A stretch of DNA of 52,815 nucleotides from Chiloscyllium plagiosum (GCF_004010195.1 NC_057718.1:67658408-67711222), one strand, 5' to 3'; positions 38,601 through 51,864 are shown, numbered from the stretch's first letter. Translations and numbers: made by a program. The notes: a model not told the origin generated them from the sequence alone.

Positions 38601-39150
38601 GTACAAAACTCTGTGTGGCCTCACTTGGAGTATTGCGTACAGTTTTGGTCACTGCATTATGGGACGAATGTGAAAGCTTTGGAGAGAGTTCAGAGGAGAT
38701 TTACTAGGATGTTGCCTGGTATGGAGGGATGGTCTTATGAGGAAAGGCTGAGGGACTTGAGGCTGTTTTTGCTGGAGAGAAGAAGGTTGTGAGGTGACTT
38801 AGTTGTGACATACAAGATAATCAAAGGATCAGATAGGGTGGACAATGAGAACCTTTTTCCTTGGATGGTGATGTTTAGCATGAGAGGGCATAGCTTTAAG
38901 TTGAGGGGAGATAGATATAGGACTGATGAGAGAGGTAGTTTCTTTACTTGGAGAGTAGTAGAGGCGTGGAATGCACTGCCTGCAACAGTAGTAGACTCGC
39001 CCACTTTTTAAGGGCATTTAAATGGTCATCGGATAGACATATGGATGAAAATGGAATAGTGTAGGATAGACGGGCTTCAGATTGGTTCCACAGGTAGATA
39101 CAGCATCGAGGGCTGAAGGGCCTGTATTGCGCTGTGATGTTCTATGTTCT
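35631..39150 (+). mobile_element. Near full-length CR1 LINE: putative 5' UTR, partial ORF1 esterase, disrupted ORF2 (APE and RT) and tail
   Basis: HLGTNDI (SGNH); CVYFNARSIRN, DVVAISETW, MGVFNFPNIDW (APE); NYRPVSLTSVVGK, VYLDFSKAF, KFAVDTK (RT); tail gttctatgttct. Many frameshifts. Confidence 0.92.
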
Positions 39151-39819
39151 GTAGCAAACAGCTGTGGGTCCAGCATCGATCCCTGAGGCACTCCACTCAT
39201 CACAGTCCTCCAGTCTGACAATCATCCTTCCGCTATTACCCTCTGCTTCCTCCCATCAAGCCAATTGTGTATCTAATTCGCTAGCTTGCCCTGAATTCCA
39301 TGCAATCTAATGTTCCATAGCAGCCTACGATGTGGGACCTTCTCAAAGATCTTACTGAAATCCCGATAGAATACGTCTACCACCCTACTCCCATCAGCTT
39401 TCCTGGTCCCTTCATCAAATAATTCTAACAAATTTGTGAGGCATGATCTCTCCTGCACAAAGCCATGCTGACTACTCCGAATCAAACCCTGTCTTTACAA
39501 ATGCAAGTATATTTTATCTCTCAGAATTCTCTCAAGTAACTTACCTAACGCAGATGTTGGTTTGCTAGTCTATAGTTCCCAGATTTTTCTTCGCAGTCCT
39601 CCTTGAATAAGGGCACAAGATTCGCTACCCTCCAGTCTTCTGGGACCTCCCCCTTGGCTAATGATGCAAAAATATCTGCTAGGGCCCCTGTAATTTCTTC
39701 TCTTGCCTCTTGCAGTCTTATTAGATATATTTGGTCAGGACCAGGAGATTTATCCACCTTCATACATTCTAATACGTCCAACATCTCCCCTACTGTGATA
39801 TGGACTGTCCCCAAGATAT

Positions 39820-40003
39820 CTTTGAGGAGAAAGTGAGGTCTGCAGATGCTGGAGTTCAGAGCTGAAAATGTGTTGCTGGAAAAGCGCAGCAGGTCAGGCA
39901 GCATCCAGGGAACAGGAGCAGGGCTTATGCCCAAAACGTCGATTCTCCTGTTCCCTGGATGCTGCCTGACCTGCTGCGCTTTTGCAGCAACACATTTTCA
40001 GCT
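39820..40003 (-). mobile_element. Fold-back Penelope-terminus insert with 15-bp TSD
   Basis: ctgtccccaagatat at 39805-39819 and 40004-40018; internal inverted repeat of about 60 bp. Confidence 0.88.
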
Positions 40004-41671
40004 CTGTCCCCAAGATATGACCACTAACTCCCCACAAATTCCCAAGTCTTTATGTTTTTCTCCACGATAAACACAGAAAAGAAATATTCATTGACGTCCC
40101 TCATCTCCTGCAGTTCTACACATGCATGTTCACTTTGGTCCTTGAGAAGTCCTATTGCTTCTCATTCTTTTTCCTTTTAAAATTCTTAAAGAACGTCTTT
40201 GGATTCACCTTAATCTTCTGAGCTGTCATCAAAGCTATTATCTTTTCTCACTATTGTATTAATTTACTCTTTTAACCAGCAATGCAATCCACCACCTTTC
40301 CCACTTTCCCACTTTGTCTGTTGTTCCTAAAAACCGGAAACTGCTTTATGTTCCTATCCCTGGTCACACTGCATCCATTTCTACATAATTCTGACTATAT
40401 CACATCATTTTTCCAACTACTTGCACGATTCACTCGTTAAGAAACAAAACCTGAAGGCTTGTCTTTTTAACCTTGCTCCTCCTGATCCCATTATTTTTCA
40501 CTGTGGTCCTTGATTTCTCAGCCCATCTTTTTTTTTCTTCTTCCTCTTTCTATTTTTTGTTTTTGCCCTTGATTTCCCCTTCCTCTGGCTCCTTGCATTC
40601 TTTTAGTTTTAGTTTTAACCTGCCCTAATTGCTCCAGTAAAATGATCCCTCTTGGTCATTGTTTCTGGACTGATTCACATGAAACCCATCCAACTTATAC
40701 ATATCCTATTTCCCCAGAGCCAGTAACAATGCCCCAGAAATCTGAAACACTCCCCCTTGCGCCATCTCTTCAACCACATATTCATCTGATATATCCTGCT
40801 ATTTCTGCTCTAGCAAGTGGCACTCATAGTAATCCTGGGATCACTACCTTTTTGAGGTCCTACTATTACTTTCTATGTTCTGCTTTGAAAGCCTCATCCC
40901 TTTTCACCTGTGTTATTTGTACCAATGTGTACGACGTTCACTAGCTGTTCACCCTTCCCCTCTAGAATGTGCTGTCGCCACTTTGAGAGATCTTTGACTA
41001 TTCATCAGGGAGGCAACATCCCATCCTGATAGCAGCAGTACGTATCATCTATAAGATGCACATCTATAAGTTCATCAAGGCTGCTTATACAGCATCTTTA
41101 AAACCCCAGACCACTTCCATTAAGAAGTACAAGGGCAACGCGTACATAGGAGCACCATCAACTGCAAGTTCCCCTCGAAAGACCCTGCCTGTCTCGACTT
41201 GGAATTCTTCATCGATGCTGTGTCAAAATCCTTGAACTCCCTCCCTAATGGCATCGAGAGTCTACTTACAGCACATGGACTTTAGCAATTCAAGACAACA
41301 CATCACTACCTTGTCAAGGGCAACTAAGAATAGACTTAAAATGCTGGCCCAGCCAATGTCCTGTACACATTATTTAGCACTATCACTTCTCTTATTTCTG
41401 ATTCTCTCTTTTGCTTTTGCCCTTTTTCCCACTTCACTGGCTCCTTTTTTTTAGCTTTCTGCTCTCCTGCCGTTTGGTTTTAACCCTCTCCAATCACACT
41501 AGTAAATGTTCTCCCCTCGCACATCAGTTTCAGTCCTGTCCATGTGTAACCTGTCAAGTTTGTACTAGCCCTATCTCCCCTCGAATTGGTCCCAATGCAC
41601 CAGGGATCTTTAACCCACTGAAATCCTTGCACCATCTTTTCAGCCGCGTATTTGTCTGAGATATTCTGCTA

Positions 41672-42142
41672 AAGATGCAGAAAAGATTTACAGGATGTTG
41701 CCAGGGTTGGAGGATTTGAGCTATAGGGAGAGGCTGGGGCTGTTTTCTCTGGAGCGTCGGAGGTTGAGGGGTGACCTTAGAGGTTTACAAAATCATGCGG
41801 GGCATGGATAGGATAAATAGACAAAGTCTTTTCCTGGGGTGGGGGAGTACAGAACTAGAGGACATAGGTTTAGGGTGAGAGGGGAAAGATATAAAAGAGA
41901 CCTAAGGGCAACTTTTTCACACAGAGGGTGGTACATATATGGAATGAGCCACCAGAGGAAGTGGTGGAGGCTGGTACAATTGCAACATTTGAACGGCATT
42001 TGGATGGGTATATGAATAGGAAGGGTTTGGAGGGATATGGGCTGGGTGCTGGCAGGTGGGACTAGATTGGATTGGGATATCTGGTCGGCATGGATGGGTT
42101 GGACCGAAGGGTCTGTTTCTATGCTGTACATCTCTATGACTG
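41672..42142 (+). mobile_element. CR1 3' end (HER1-like)
   Basis: ...tttacaggatgttgccaggg...aggttgaggggtgacctt... with tail ctgtacatctctatgact. Confidence 0.9.
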
Positions 42143-42177
42143 GCATGTGTCACTGGTAGCAATCCTGAGATCACTAG

Positions 42178-43335
42178 GCCATAAGGACGTAGGAGCAGAA
42201 ATTAGGCCATTCAGCCCATTAAATCTGCTCTGCCATTCAAACATGGCTGATAAGTTTCTCAATCCCATTCTACCACTTTCTCCCTGTAACTCTTGATCCC
42301 CTTGGTACTCAAGAACCTAACTATCTCAGTCTTAAATGTACTCGATAACCTGGCTCTACAGGCTTATGTGGCAATGAATTCTATAGATTCACCACTCTGG
42401 CTGAATAAGTTTCTCCTTATGTCTGTTTTAAAAGGTCTTCCCTTTACTCTAAGGTTATGCCTTTGGATCCTAGTCTTTCCTACCAATGGAAACATCTTCC
42501 CAACATCTACTCTGTCCAGACCATTCAGTATTCTGTATGTTTCAATTAGATCTCCCCTCATCCTTCTAAACTCTATTGAGTATAAGCCTCAAACATTCCT
42601 CGTAAGTTAAGCTTTTCATTTCTGGGATCGCTGTCATGAACTTTCTCTGAGCAAGCTCCAGGGCCAGTACATCCTTCCTGAGATTATATGGGCCCAAAAC
42701 TGCACACAATACTTCAAATGTAGTCTGACCGGAGCCTTTTAGAGCCACAGAAGTACATCCCTGCTTTTATATTCAATCCTCTCAAAATAAATGGCATTAT
42801 TACATTTTCCTTTCTAACTACTGACTCAACCTGCAAGTTTACCTTGAGAAAATCCTGCACTAGAACTCCCAGGTCTCTTTGCACTTCAGACTTCTGAATT
42901 TTCTCCCCATTTAGAAAATAGTCCATGCCTCTATTCTTCTTACCAAAGTACAGGACCTCACACTTTCCCACTTTGTACTCCACCTGCCACTTCTTTGCCC
43001 ATTTTCCTAACTTGACCAAATCCTTCTGCAGCCTCCCACATCAATGCTACCTGTCCCTCTACCTATCTTTGTATCATCTGCCAACTTAGCCAGAATGCTC
43101 CCAATTCCTTCATCTAGATTGTTAATGTATAAAGTGAGAAATTGTGGTCCCACCACTGAGCCTTGTGGACTGCCACTTGTCATTGGCTGTCACCCTGAGA
43201 ATGACCCTTTTATCCTCACCCTCTGCTTCCTGCCAGACAGCCAAGCTTCTACCTATTCTAGCATCTTGCAATTGACACCATGGGCCCTTATCTAACTCCG
43301 TAGTCTCCTTTGCGGCACCTTGTCAAAGGCCTTCA
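42178..43335 (-). mobile_element. CR1 RT fragment with tail
   Basis: ORFs 42364-42561 (MRGDLIETYRIL.GLDRVD) and 42714-43019 (WAKKWQVEY.VGKCEV..FG). Confidence 0.92.
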
Positions 43336-43949
43336 CTACTTTCAGGTGCTACATTTAATCTGCTTGTTAACTCCCTATAATGTTGAAATACCATTAGGCT
43401 TATTAGAAAAGTGAACAGGGGTTTTCTTAAAATATGTTTGATGTTGTCTGGATGCTGTTGTCTAGAGTAGCATTTATCGCTCATCTCCAATTGTCCTTGA
43501 GAGTTTGGTGATGAATAAAATGCTGCCTTGCACCTCTGCAGTCTGTGGAGAGTATGTACACTTGTGGTTCTATTAGGAAGGGCTTACCAGGATCTTGACC
43601 CAATGATGGTGAAGGAAATGTGATTATTGTTCGAAGGCAGAAGGTGTGAGACTTGGTGGGGAACTAGCAGATAGTGGTGTTCTACTGCAGCTGCTGCCAC
43701 TGTCCTCCTCAATGGTAGAGGTTACTTGCACTGTAATGTTCACGATGATAGGGTTGCCAATCAAGCAGGCCTTAAGTGGGGACTGGGGATATATTTCACC
43801 TCATTGCCTATGCACCATCTAAAAGCTCAAGTCAATGTGGAGAGAGGGGGTGATTTACTGGCAACTGAATTCCCAGATTTTGACTGCTGTTTCTTTGATA
43901 AATATTTGATGACTAATGAAGGGTTTGATTTAAATCTGACTCCAGAAGC

Positions 43950-44220
43950 CTGAGTAATATTCTGAGTTCTGCACTGTCAAAGATGCTATGCTTTGGATGA
44001 GACAAAATGTTGTGATGTGTTTGCCACCCTCAGGTGAATGTATGTAAAACATTCCATTGTCCTATTTTGAAGAAGAACAGGTGCAAATATGGCTAAAAAT
44101 GAATTTTGTGATTTATAAGTTATTATAATAACTACACTTTAAAAGCATGTTTAACTATAAAGTGCTTTGGGGGTTCCTGAACTTGCCAAAGATATAATAT
44201 GAATGCAGGTTCCTACTTTG
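43950..44220 (+). mobile_element. Ancient Deu-domain SINE remnant (SacSINE1/AmnSINE1-like)
   Basis: ctgcactgtc..agatgc...ctttggatgagac...ctcaggtgaatgta...ccat...ctattttgaagaagaacagg matches my recall of the Deu domain; L2-like tail. Confidence 0.55.
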
Positions 44221-44711
44221 TAATTGAAAATGAGTTGTATTTGTACTGGTGATTGAAAAGGTTCCTAATTGTTTTGCACAATTGTAGGTAATGTTTCATT
44301 CATACTTGTTGAAGCTTGAATACTTCTGCTGAAGTTTGGTATCATGTCACAGGTGGAACTTTCAGCAAGTTCTAGCAGGTCATAATTGCGTTCTCTGGGT
44401 TGTTGGGGGAGGTACAGCGTATTGCCTCCTTTCTTGCATATCTGGTCTGACATACTGCTATTTGGTGCAGTTAAAAATTCCTTTGTAGGTGGTTTGAGCC
44501 AAAAATCAATTGTTTTCTAGAAAAAATAATTACTAATTCTCTCCTTTTTTCCACAGCGCAAGTTTGTGTGCTTGTAGTTGACGATATGAAGCCAGTATTG
44601 CTATGATGAAAAGAGTATATGTTGATAATTGTATGCTGGTACTCACAGGTGAAAGATCTGCTAAATTGCAGATGAAGCGTGTAAAATTCTGTCAGTCTAG
44701 GTTTCTGCAAG

Positions 44712-44835
44712 GAGAAAGTGAGGACTGCAGATGCTGGAGATCAGAGCTTAAAGATGTGTTGCTGGAAAAGCGCAGCAGGTCAGGCATCATCAAAGGAACA
44801 GGAGAATCGACGTTTCGGGCATAAGCCCTTCTTCA
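44712..44835 (-). mobile_element. Short Penelope-terminus element
   Basis: Near-identical to the 21791 and 51736 family; no clear TSD. Confidence 0.85.
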
Positions 44836-45634
44836 AGTCCTGTCTAAAAAACAAAATTGCGTTGAACAATAAAATTGTTTACTGTTGTAGCATTTCGGAA
44901 GTATTGGTACACCACCATGATGTTGAGAAGTGCGCTTTGACACTTTCAGGAGTTCTGTGTGCTGATCTCCCTTAGTCCAATTTCTGCTGGGAAAAGGGAT
45001 GAAATCTTTCTTTTTGTTCTTGATCTGGAAAAAATATGTGTGTCTCATGTTACTGTATTTTTGTGAATGGAACGTTTTTTTGCTTTAAGATTGCTGCCAC
45101 CATTAGGAAAACCTGCATGGACTGTTGCATTCCATCAATGCATATTTCAGTAGTTGTCCCAACCATACACGGTAGGCGATCCATTTTATTACATTTTCTC
45201 AAAATTTAGGCTTGCTGCATATGTTGTTTTGGCTAATGTTTGTTAATTAAATTGCACTTCCTTCCAACATTCAACTTGCCCTTGATAATGTCAATGTGAA
45301 TTTTGCTACCTCGAAAACTAACAATTCTTTTTTGATTTTCTTGGTAAAGTTGCCACTTGAGGGCAGTTTTGCTCTGTATCATCTCCTCTTGTATTCAGAA
45401 CTGAATTGAACGTGTTCAAGTTAATTTCATGTTTGATCTTTGTAAGTGCTGAAAAATTTACATGTTTAACCAGTTTGTTCTGACTGGATTCAAACTCAGG
45501 CTGTAGAAGGGAGAAAAGTATATCCCAAAGAACATTTTAGATAAAGTACTTTGTTTTATAATTTAAAAAATCATAGCATTGTGTGCAATTCCACATACAA
45601 CAATAAGATAACTTTGCCAGAATCTGATTGAACG

Positions 45635-45845
45635 ATCTTAATTGAGGAATAAATATTAGTCCGACAAACATTCTCTTTGAATAGCGTCATAGAATCTTCT
45701 GTGCCCATCTGAGTGTGAAGACCACCTTAGCTGAAATTTGCTATCTCTTTATGTAAGACTTCAGTGAAATGTGTACGCTTCGGTGCTCAGGTTTTGAAAT
45801 GGGACTTAAACCACAGCTTTCTGACTTTGAGGTGAAGTGAGCATT
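45635..45845 (-). mobile_element. Ancient Deu-domain SINE remnant
   Basis: ttgaggaataaatattag...tttgaatagcgtcatagaatctt...ccatctgag plus the reverse tRNA-like head gggacttaaaccacagctttctgact. Confidence 0.5.
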
Positions 45846-46706
45846 TGAATGTTTTCAAGCAGATGTAAATAGGTGCTCAATAAGCAAACGTGTGAGAAAT
45901 TATTGTAGGTAGGTAGGAGTATGGAAGAGTCAGATCAGCCAAGTGAGCAAGCATGTGGTGTCAGTAGATGGTTAGTTCCTGAAAGAAGTGCCTGGTTAGT
46001 CTCACTCACTGGCTCTCCTCTCCTCTCCATTTTTAAGTAGATTTTCTGTACTCTTATGAAAGTTGTTATTGGATCAACTTTCACCTCATTTCTGACCGCC
46101 CCCACAATTTTATTCACTTTTGTGAATGTGCAAATACACATAAAAGTAAAAACAAAACACTTCTTTTGCCATGTTGATAGTAAATAGGTAAAAAGAGGTG
46201 GGGAGTGTCCTACTAGGAGGAAGATGTATGCTAGCAACAAAGGCAAGGCTAGAATACTTCATACTTTGTGTCTGTGTTTATTAAAGAAAATGCTGACCAA
46301 ATTATAAACAGTGGTAAAGATGATGGATATGGTAATTGTTGCTGGCAAGATGAACTGAAAAGCTTTGCTCTGCTGAGAATGGGTATATTGCCTAGTCTGG
46401 GTGCTTAGCTTCCACTTCTTTTTGCAATCGGGGAGTGGATTTAGTGAAGGGCTTGCCATGATCCTCTAGTCTTTCCTAATATGGAGTCAATGCCAGAGCA
46501 TCTGAAATGACAGATATGGTACTTCTATTTTACAGTACAGAAACAGGTCCTTCTGTCCAACTTGGCCATGCTGACCAGATATTGTAAATTAATCTCGTCC
46601 CATTGGTCAGCATTTGGCCCATATTCCTCTAAGCCCCTCCTTATTGATATGCCCATCCAGATGCCTTTTAAATGTTGTAATAGCACCAGCCTCCACCACT
46701 TCCTCT

Positions 46707-47661
46707 AGAGATATCCAGACAGGCTTCTACTGCACCACCTCCATTCTCCGTTCCACTGCTCTAACCCCCCCCATGCAAACGCAATAAAGACAGAGTCCTC
46801 CTTGTCCGCATCTACCATGCCATCAATCTCCACATCCAACATATCATCCTTAACACTTCACCAACTCCAACTCGACCCCACCACGAAGAACATCTTCCCC
46901 TCCCCGATCCTGCTTGCCTTCCACAAGGACTGTTCCCTTCGACAGTCCTTGGTTTGAGCCACTGTCGCCACTGACCACCTCAAACCTCCAGGTACCTTCT
47001 CCTGCAACCGGAAAAATGCAAAACCTGCCGGTACACCACCCCCCTCACCTCCATCCAGGGCCCCAAACAGTCCTTCCAGGTGAGACAGAGGTTCACCTGC
47101 CTCTCTTCCAACCCAGTTTACTGCATCAGTTGCTTCCAATGTGGTCTTCTCCATATTGGGGAAACCAAACGTAAACTTAAAGAACAATTCGCCAAGTATC
47201 TTAGCCGAGCCCGCAGGGGCTGACCAGACCTCCCAGTAACTGCTCATTTTAATTCCCCTTCCCACTCCCTTTCCAACATGACCATTCTTGGCCTCCTCCA
47301 TTGCCACAATGAACCAAACCACAATTTGGAGTAACAACACCTCCTTCTGCCTGTGTAGCCTACAGACCATATGACTCAACATTGGGTTCTCCAATTTCAA
47401 ATAAACCTCCTTCCCAGCCCATCCGCTTCCCTTCCACCCCTCCCAGCCACCTACTGGATTCATTCCTCCCATTGACCAACCATGTCATGCCCTCTACCTG
47501 TCTTCACCTATCCCCATTTCACCACCCTGTCTCCACCATCCCTTTATCTGCAGCTCTTCCTCCACCCACCTGTAGTCCTGAACAAGGATTACATCCAGAA
47601 TGTCGACTTCTCCACCACCTGATGCTGCCTGGCTTACTGTGTTCTTCCAGCCTCCTGCCTG
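46707..47661 (+). mobile_element. Penelope-like element 3' part (GIY-YIG endonuclease and terminus) with 15-bp TSD
   Basis: Reads TSIQGPKQSFQVRQRFTCLSSNPVYCISCFQCGLLHIGETKRKLKEQFA; tccaccacttcctct at 46692-46706 and 47662-47676. Confidence 0.9.
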
Positions 47662-48050
47662 TCCACCACTTCCTCTGGCAGGTCATTCTATACATGCACC
47701 ACCCTTTGCATGAAAATGTTGCCTCTTGGGTCTCTTTTAAATCTTTCCCCCCCCCCCTTAAACCTATGTCCTCTAATTTTGAACTCCGTTAGCCTGGGAA
47801 AATGTTTTGGCTATTCACCCTAACCATGCCCCTCATGATTTTAGAAGCCTCTGTAAGATCACTCCTCAGCCTCAATGTGTCAGAGAAAATAGCCCCAGCC
47901 TATTCACTTTTTCATAAAGTTCAAACCCTCCAACCATGGCCACATTCTTGTCAATCTTTCCTAACCCGTTCAAGTTTAGCAACATCTTTCCCATAGCATG
48001 AAACCAGAATTGAACACAGTATTGCAAAATTGGCCTTACTAATGTCCTAG

Positions 48051-48177
48051 GAGAAAGAGGACTGCAGATGCTGGAGACCAGAGTTGAAAAATGTGGTGCT
48101 GGAAAAACACAGCAGGCCAGGCAGTATTCTAGGAGCAGGAGAATCGACGTTTCGGGCATAAACCCTTCTTCAGGAAT
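48051..48177 (-). mobile_element. Short Penelope-terminus element
   Basis: Family consensus ggagaaag.gaggactgcagatgctgg...cgacgtttcgggcata..cccttcttcagga; imperfect flanking repeat ctta..aatgtcct. Confidence 0.85.
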
Positions 48178-50196
48178 TACCAACTTAGCAATGTCCTGTA
48201 CATCTACAACATGACATCCTAATTTCTCTACTCGTTGAAGTGACCAATAAAGTGTTCCAACTTCTGCATTCACTACCCCTGTCTACCTACAACTTCACAT
48301 TCAAGAAACTATGAACCTGCATCCCAAAGTCTCCTTGTTTGGCAACATTCCCCAGGTCCCTATTGTGTAAGTCCTGATTTGTCTTACTAAATGAACACCT
48401 CACATTTATCTAAATTAAACTCTATCTACCAGTTCTTGGTCCATTGGCCCATCTGGACAAGGCCCAGTTGTACACCGAGGAAACCTTCTTTACTGTCCAT
48501 TATGCCAACAATCTTGGTGTCACCTGCAAATTTACTAACCAAAACTCCTATTTTCACATCCAAATCGTTTATGTAAATGACAAAAAGAAGTGGACCTACT
48601 GGTGATTGGCCTCCAGTCTGAAAAACAATCCGCCACTTTCTGTATCTTACCTTAAAGCCAATTTTGTATCAAAATGGCTAGGTCTCCCTACATTCCATGT
48701 GATCTGACCATGCTAACCAGTCTACTATGCAGAACCTTGTCAAACACCTTGCTGAAGTCCATATACACAACGTCCACCGATCTACCTTCATCAATCTTCT
48801 TAGTCACTTCTTCAAAAAAACTCAATCAAATTAATGAGACACAATTTCCCAAGCACAAAGCCATATTGACTACCTCTAACCAGTTGTTGCCTTTCCAAAT
48901 ACCTGTAAATTCTGACCCTTGGAATCTCCTTCAATATCTTTCCCACCATTAATGTAAGACTCAATAGTCTATAGTTCCTTGGCTTTTCCTTACAACCTTA
49001 AATAATGGCACCACGTTAATCAATTCATTTGGAACCTCACCTGTGGCTATCGATGCTACAAGTATCTCGGCAAGGGGCCCAACAATCACTTCCCTAACTT
49101 CCCACAGACTTCTAGGGCACACCTGATCAGTTCCTGGGGATTATTCACCTCTTACGCATCTCCTCCTCTGTAAAATGAACATGTTTCAGGATATTACTAT
49201 CTATTTCCTCACATTCTCTCTAGCTTCCATATCCTTCTCCACAGTAAATACTGACACAAAATACTTATTTCGTATCTCACCCATCTGCGGTTCTGCACAT
49301 AGACGGCCACTCTTTCCTTAAGGTATTTACAAATCACTTTGGATTCTCCTTAACTCTGTTTGCTAAAGATATTTCATCTCATGTCCCCTTTCTGTCCTCC
49401 TGATATCTCTCTGAAGTATACTCCTATTGCCTTTCTACTCCTTTAGGGAATCACTCGATCCCTGCTGCCTATACTTAATATATGCCTCCTTTTTCTTGAC
49501 CAGAACCTCAATTACTCTAGTCACCCAGCATTCCGTACCAGCTTTGCCCTTCACATTAACAGGAACATATTGCCTCAGGACTCTCATTATCTCATTTTTG
49601 AAGTCCTCCCACTTTCCACCTGTCTCTTTACCTGCAAAAAGCCTCTCCCAATCAACCTTTGAAAGTTCTTGCCCAATACTATCAAAATTAGTCTTACTCC
49701 AATTTAGAATTTATATTTTTAGATCAGGTCTGTCCTTTCCTAAAATTATTTTAAAACTAATAGAATTATGATCATAGGCCCCAGAGTGTTCCCCCATTGA
49801 CACCTCAGCCACATGTCCTGCTTTATTTCCCAAGAGAAGTCAAATTTTGTTCCTTCTCTAGTAGGTACCGCCACATACTAAATAAGGAGGTTTTCTTGCA
49901 CACGCTTAACAAATTCCTCTCCATCCAAGCCTTTAACACTACAGCAGTCTCAATTTATGTTTGGAAAGTTAAACTCCCCTAAATTACAACCCTATGGTTA
50001 TAACAGATATCTGAGATTTCCATACAAATTTGCTTCTCAATTTCCAGCTGACTATTGGGAGGCCTATAGTATAATCCCAGTAAAGTGATCATCCCTTTCT
50101 TATTTCTCAGTTCCACCCAAATAACTTCACTGGGCATACTCCCAGGAATATCCTAATTACAGCTGTAATGTTATTCCTGACCAATTTAATATCAGT

Positions 50197-50341
50197 CCCA
50201 CCCCATCTATCTCTCAGTCCTCTTCCCTCTCCAGACTCCTAATGAAATGTTTATGCCCGTAATATCGATTCTCTTCCTCCTCAGATGCTGCCTGACCCAC
50301 TGTACTTTTCCAGTGCAACACTTCAACTCTGACTCTCTCTT
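50197..50341 (+). mobile_element. Decayed short Penelope-terminus element with 14-bp TSD
   Basis: aatttaatatcagt at 50183-50196 and 50342-50355. Confidence 0.75.
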
Positions 50342-50744
50342 AATTTAATATCAGTGCTAGTTTAGGTTTTGGAAACAATGATCGGGGGAAAAATGTCAGC
50401 AAGCACTTAGTGTGGTTTGAGTTAACTAACAAGAGGCATGGATGTAAGAGGCAAATCGTGCTTGACTACTGGAATTCTTTGAAGTAACAGTAGAGTTAAT
50501 GAAGAGAATGCTGTGGATGTTGAATGGATTTTAAGAAAGCATTTGATAAAGTATCACATTTAGATTCATGGAATAGGAGAGTCAGTGTGAGTTTGCATAT
50601 AAATCAATATTGGCTTCTTGACAGAAACTAGCAAGTCATGAAAAAGGATACTTTGTAGTCGCTCCATGTTGAACACCACCTTTGAGGTACTGGGTAACTT
50701 GGATGCTCAGTGCACTCAGGTTGGGTGATTTCAGTATCTACCCC

Positions 50745-51170
50745 TATCGAGTCATCTAGCACAGAAATAGATCCTTTGGTCCAACTGGACAATGTGGTCC
50801 AGATATCCCAATCTGACCTAGTCCCATTTGTTAGCATTTGGCCCATGTCCCTTTCCCGCTCATATACCCATTTAGATGCCTTTTAAATATTGTAATTGTA
50901 TCTACCTTCATCACTTCCTCTGGCAACTCATTCCATACATGCACCACAGTCTCCCTGAAAAAGTTGCCCCTCAGGTACTATTTAAATCTTTCCCTCTTGC
51001 CTTTAAACCTATGTCGTCTAGTTTTGGCCTCCACGACTCAAGGAAAAAGACCGGAGCTATTATAAACCTCTAAGTCACCCCTCAGCCTCCAATGTTCCAG
51101 GGAAAAAAGCCCTAGCCTATTCAATCTCTCTCACCTTCCAGTCCCAACAATATCCTTGTAAATCTTTTCT
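50745..51170 (-). mobile_element. CR1 3' end
   Basis: Reverse complement of the HER1-like tail and RT C-terminus. Confidence 0.85.
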
Positions 51171-51735
51171 GGTAATAGATCTTAAAAGAAAACTTACGAT
51201 TTTGAAGAATTGTAGCAAACTTGATAAGAGATTTAGAAAACAGAAAACTATAACTGAAAATTTTAAGTTTCAAATGAAAGGAAAAAGTAGGATACAAGAT
51301 TAACCAACAAGAAATAACAAAAAAGCTTGCAAGGACTTTGACAACTTCCTGAGAAGGAAGAGAGTAGGAAATGTGATGTTGGGCCCTGAGAGGATAGACA
51401 TGATTCTGATGATTTCCTTAATCACAAATGTGTTGAACAAATATTTTTATCTGGTCTTTACAATATAAAGACAAAAAAGCTCACCAAAATAGTGTGCAAT
51501 TAAGAGGCTAATAAGAATGAAAAGGAGAGAAGGAGAGAAAAAGCACTGGAAAAGTTAATGGGTCTGAAAGCCAACAAATACTCTGTGGATGCCTTGTATT
51601 AGCAGGCTGCTGTAGATTCTAGAACAGTCTCTGAAATGACAAGTAGGAAATGCAACATGGTCTGACATCAATTGTCGGAAAGATGCTCAAACCCATTTTA
51701 ATAAGAGGATGTTCACAAGGCATTTAAAATTAATT

Positions 51736-51864
51736 GAGGAGAAAGTGAGGTCTGCAGACGCTGGAGATCAAAGCTGAAACTTTATTGCTGGAACAGCACA
51801 GCAGGTCAGGCAGCATCTAGGGAACAGAAGATTCGACGTTTCGGGCACATGCCCTTCTTCAGGA
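51736..51864 (-). mobile_element. Short Penelope-terminus element with 14-bp TSD
   Basis: atttaaaattaatt at 51722-51735 and 51865-51878. Confidence 0.88.

Larger units (their letters stand above)
34830..40215 (-). mobile_element. Minus-strand CR1 split by the + strand CR1 (segments 34830-35630 and 39151-40215)
   Basis: The RT sequence breaks at ...ccaaatcattgatgta (35630) and resumes at gtagcaaacagctgtgggtccagc (39151; MSGVPQGSMLDPQLF on the minus strand). Confidence 0.85.
46530..50180 (-). mobile_element. Long minus-strand CR1 ORF2 remnant with Penelope insertions
   Basis: Colinear with the other CR1 copies from the 3' tail (46530) through RT to APE (about 49970-50100). Confidence 0.85.

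Noticed and set aside
46858..47472. 204-aa minus-strand ORF
   Set aside because: Antisense shadow of the Penelope GIY-YIG region.
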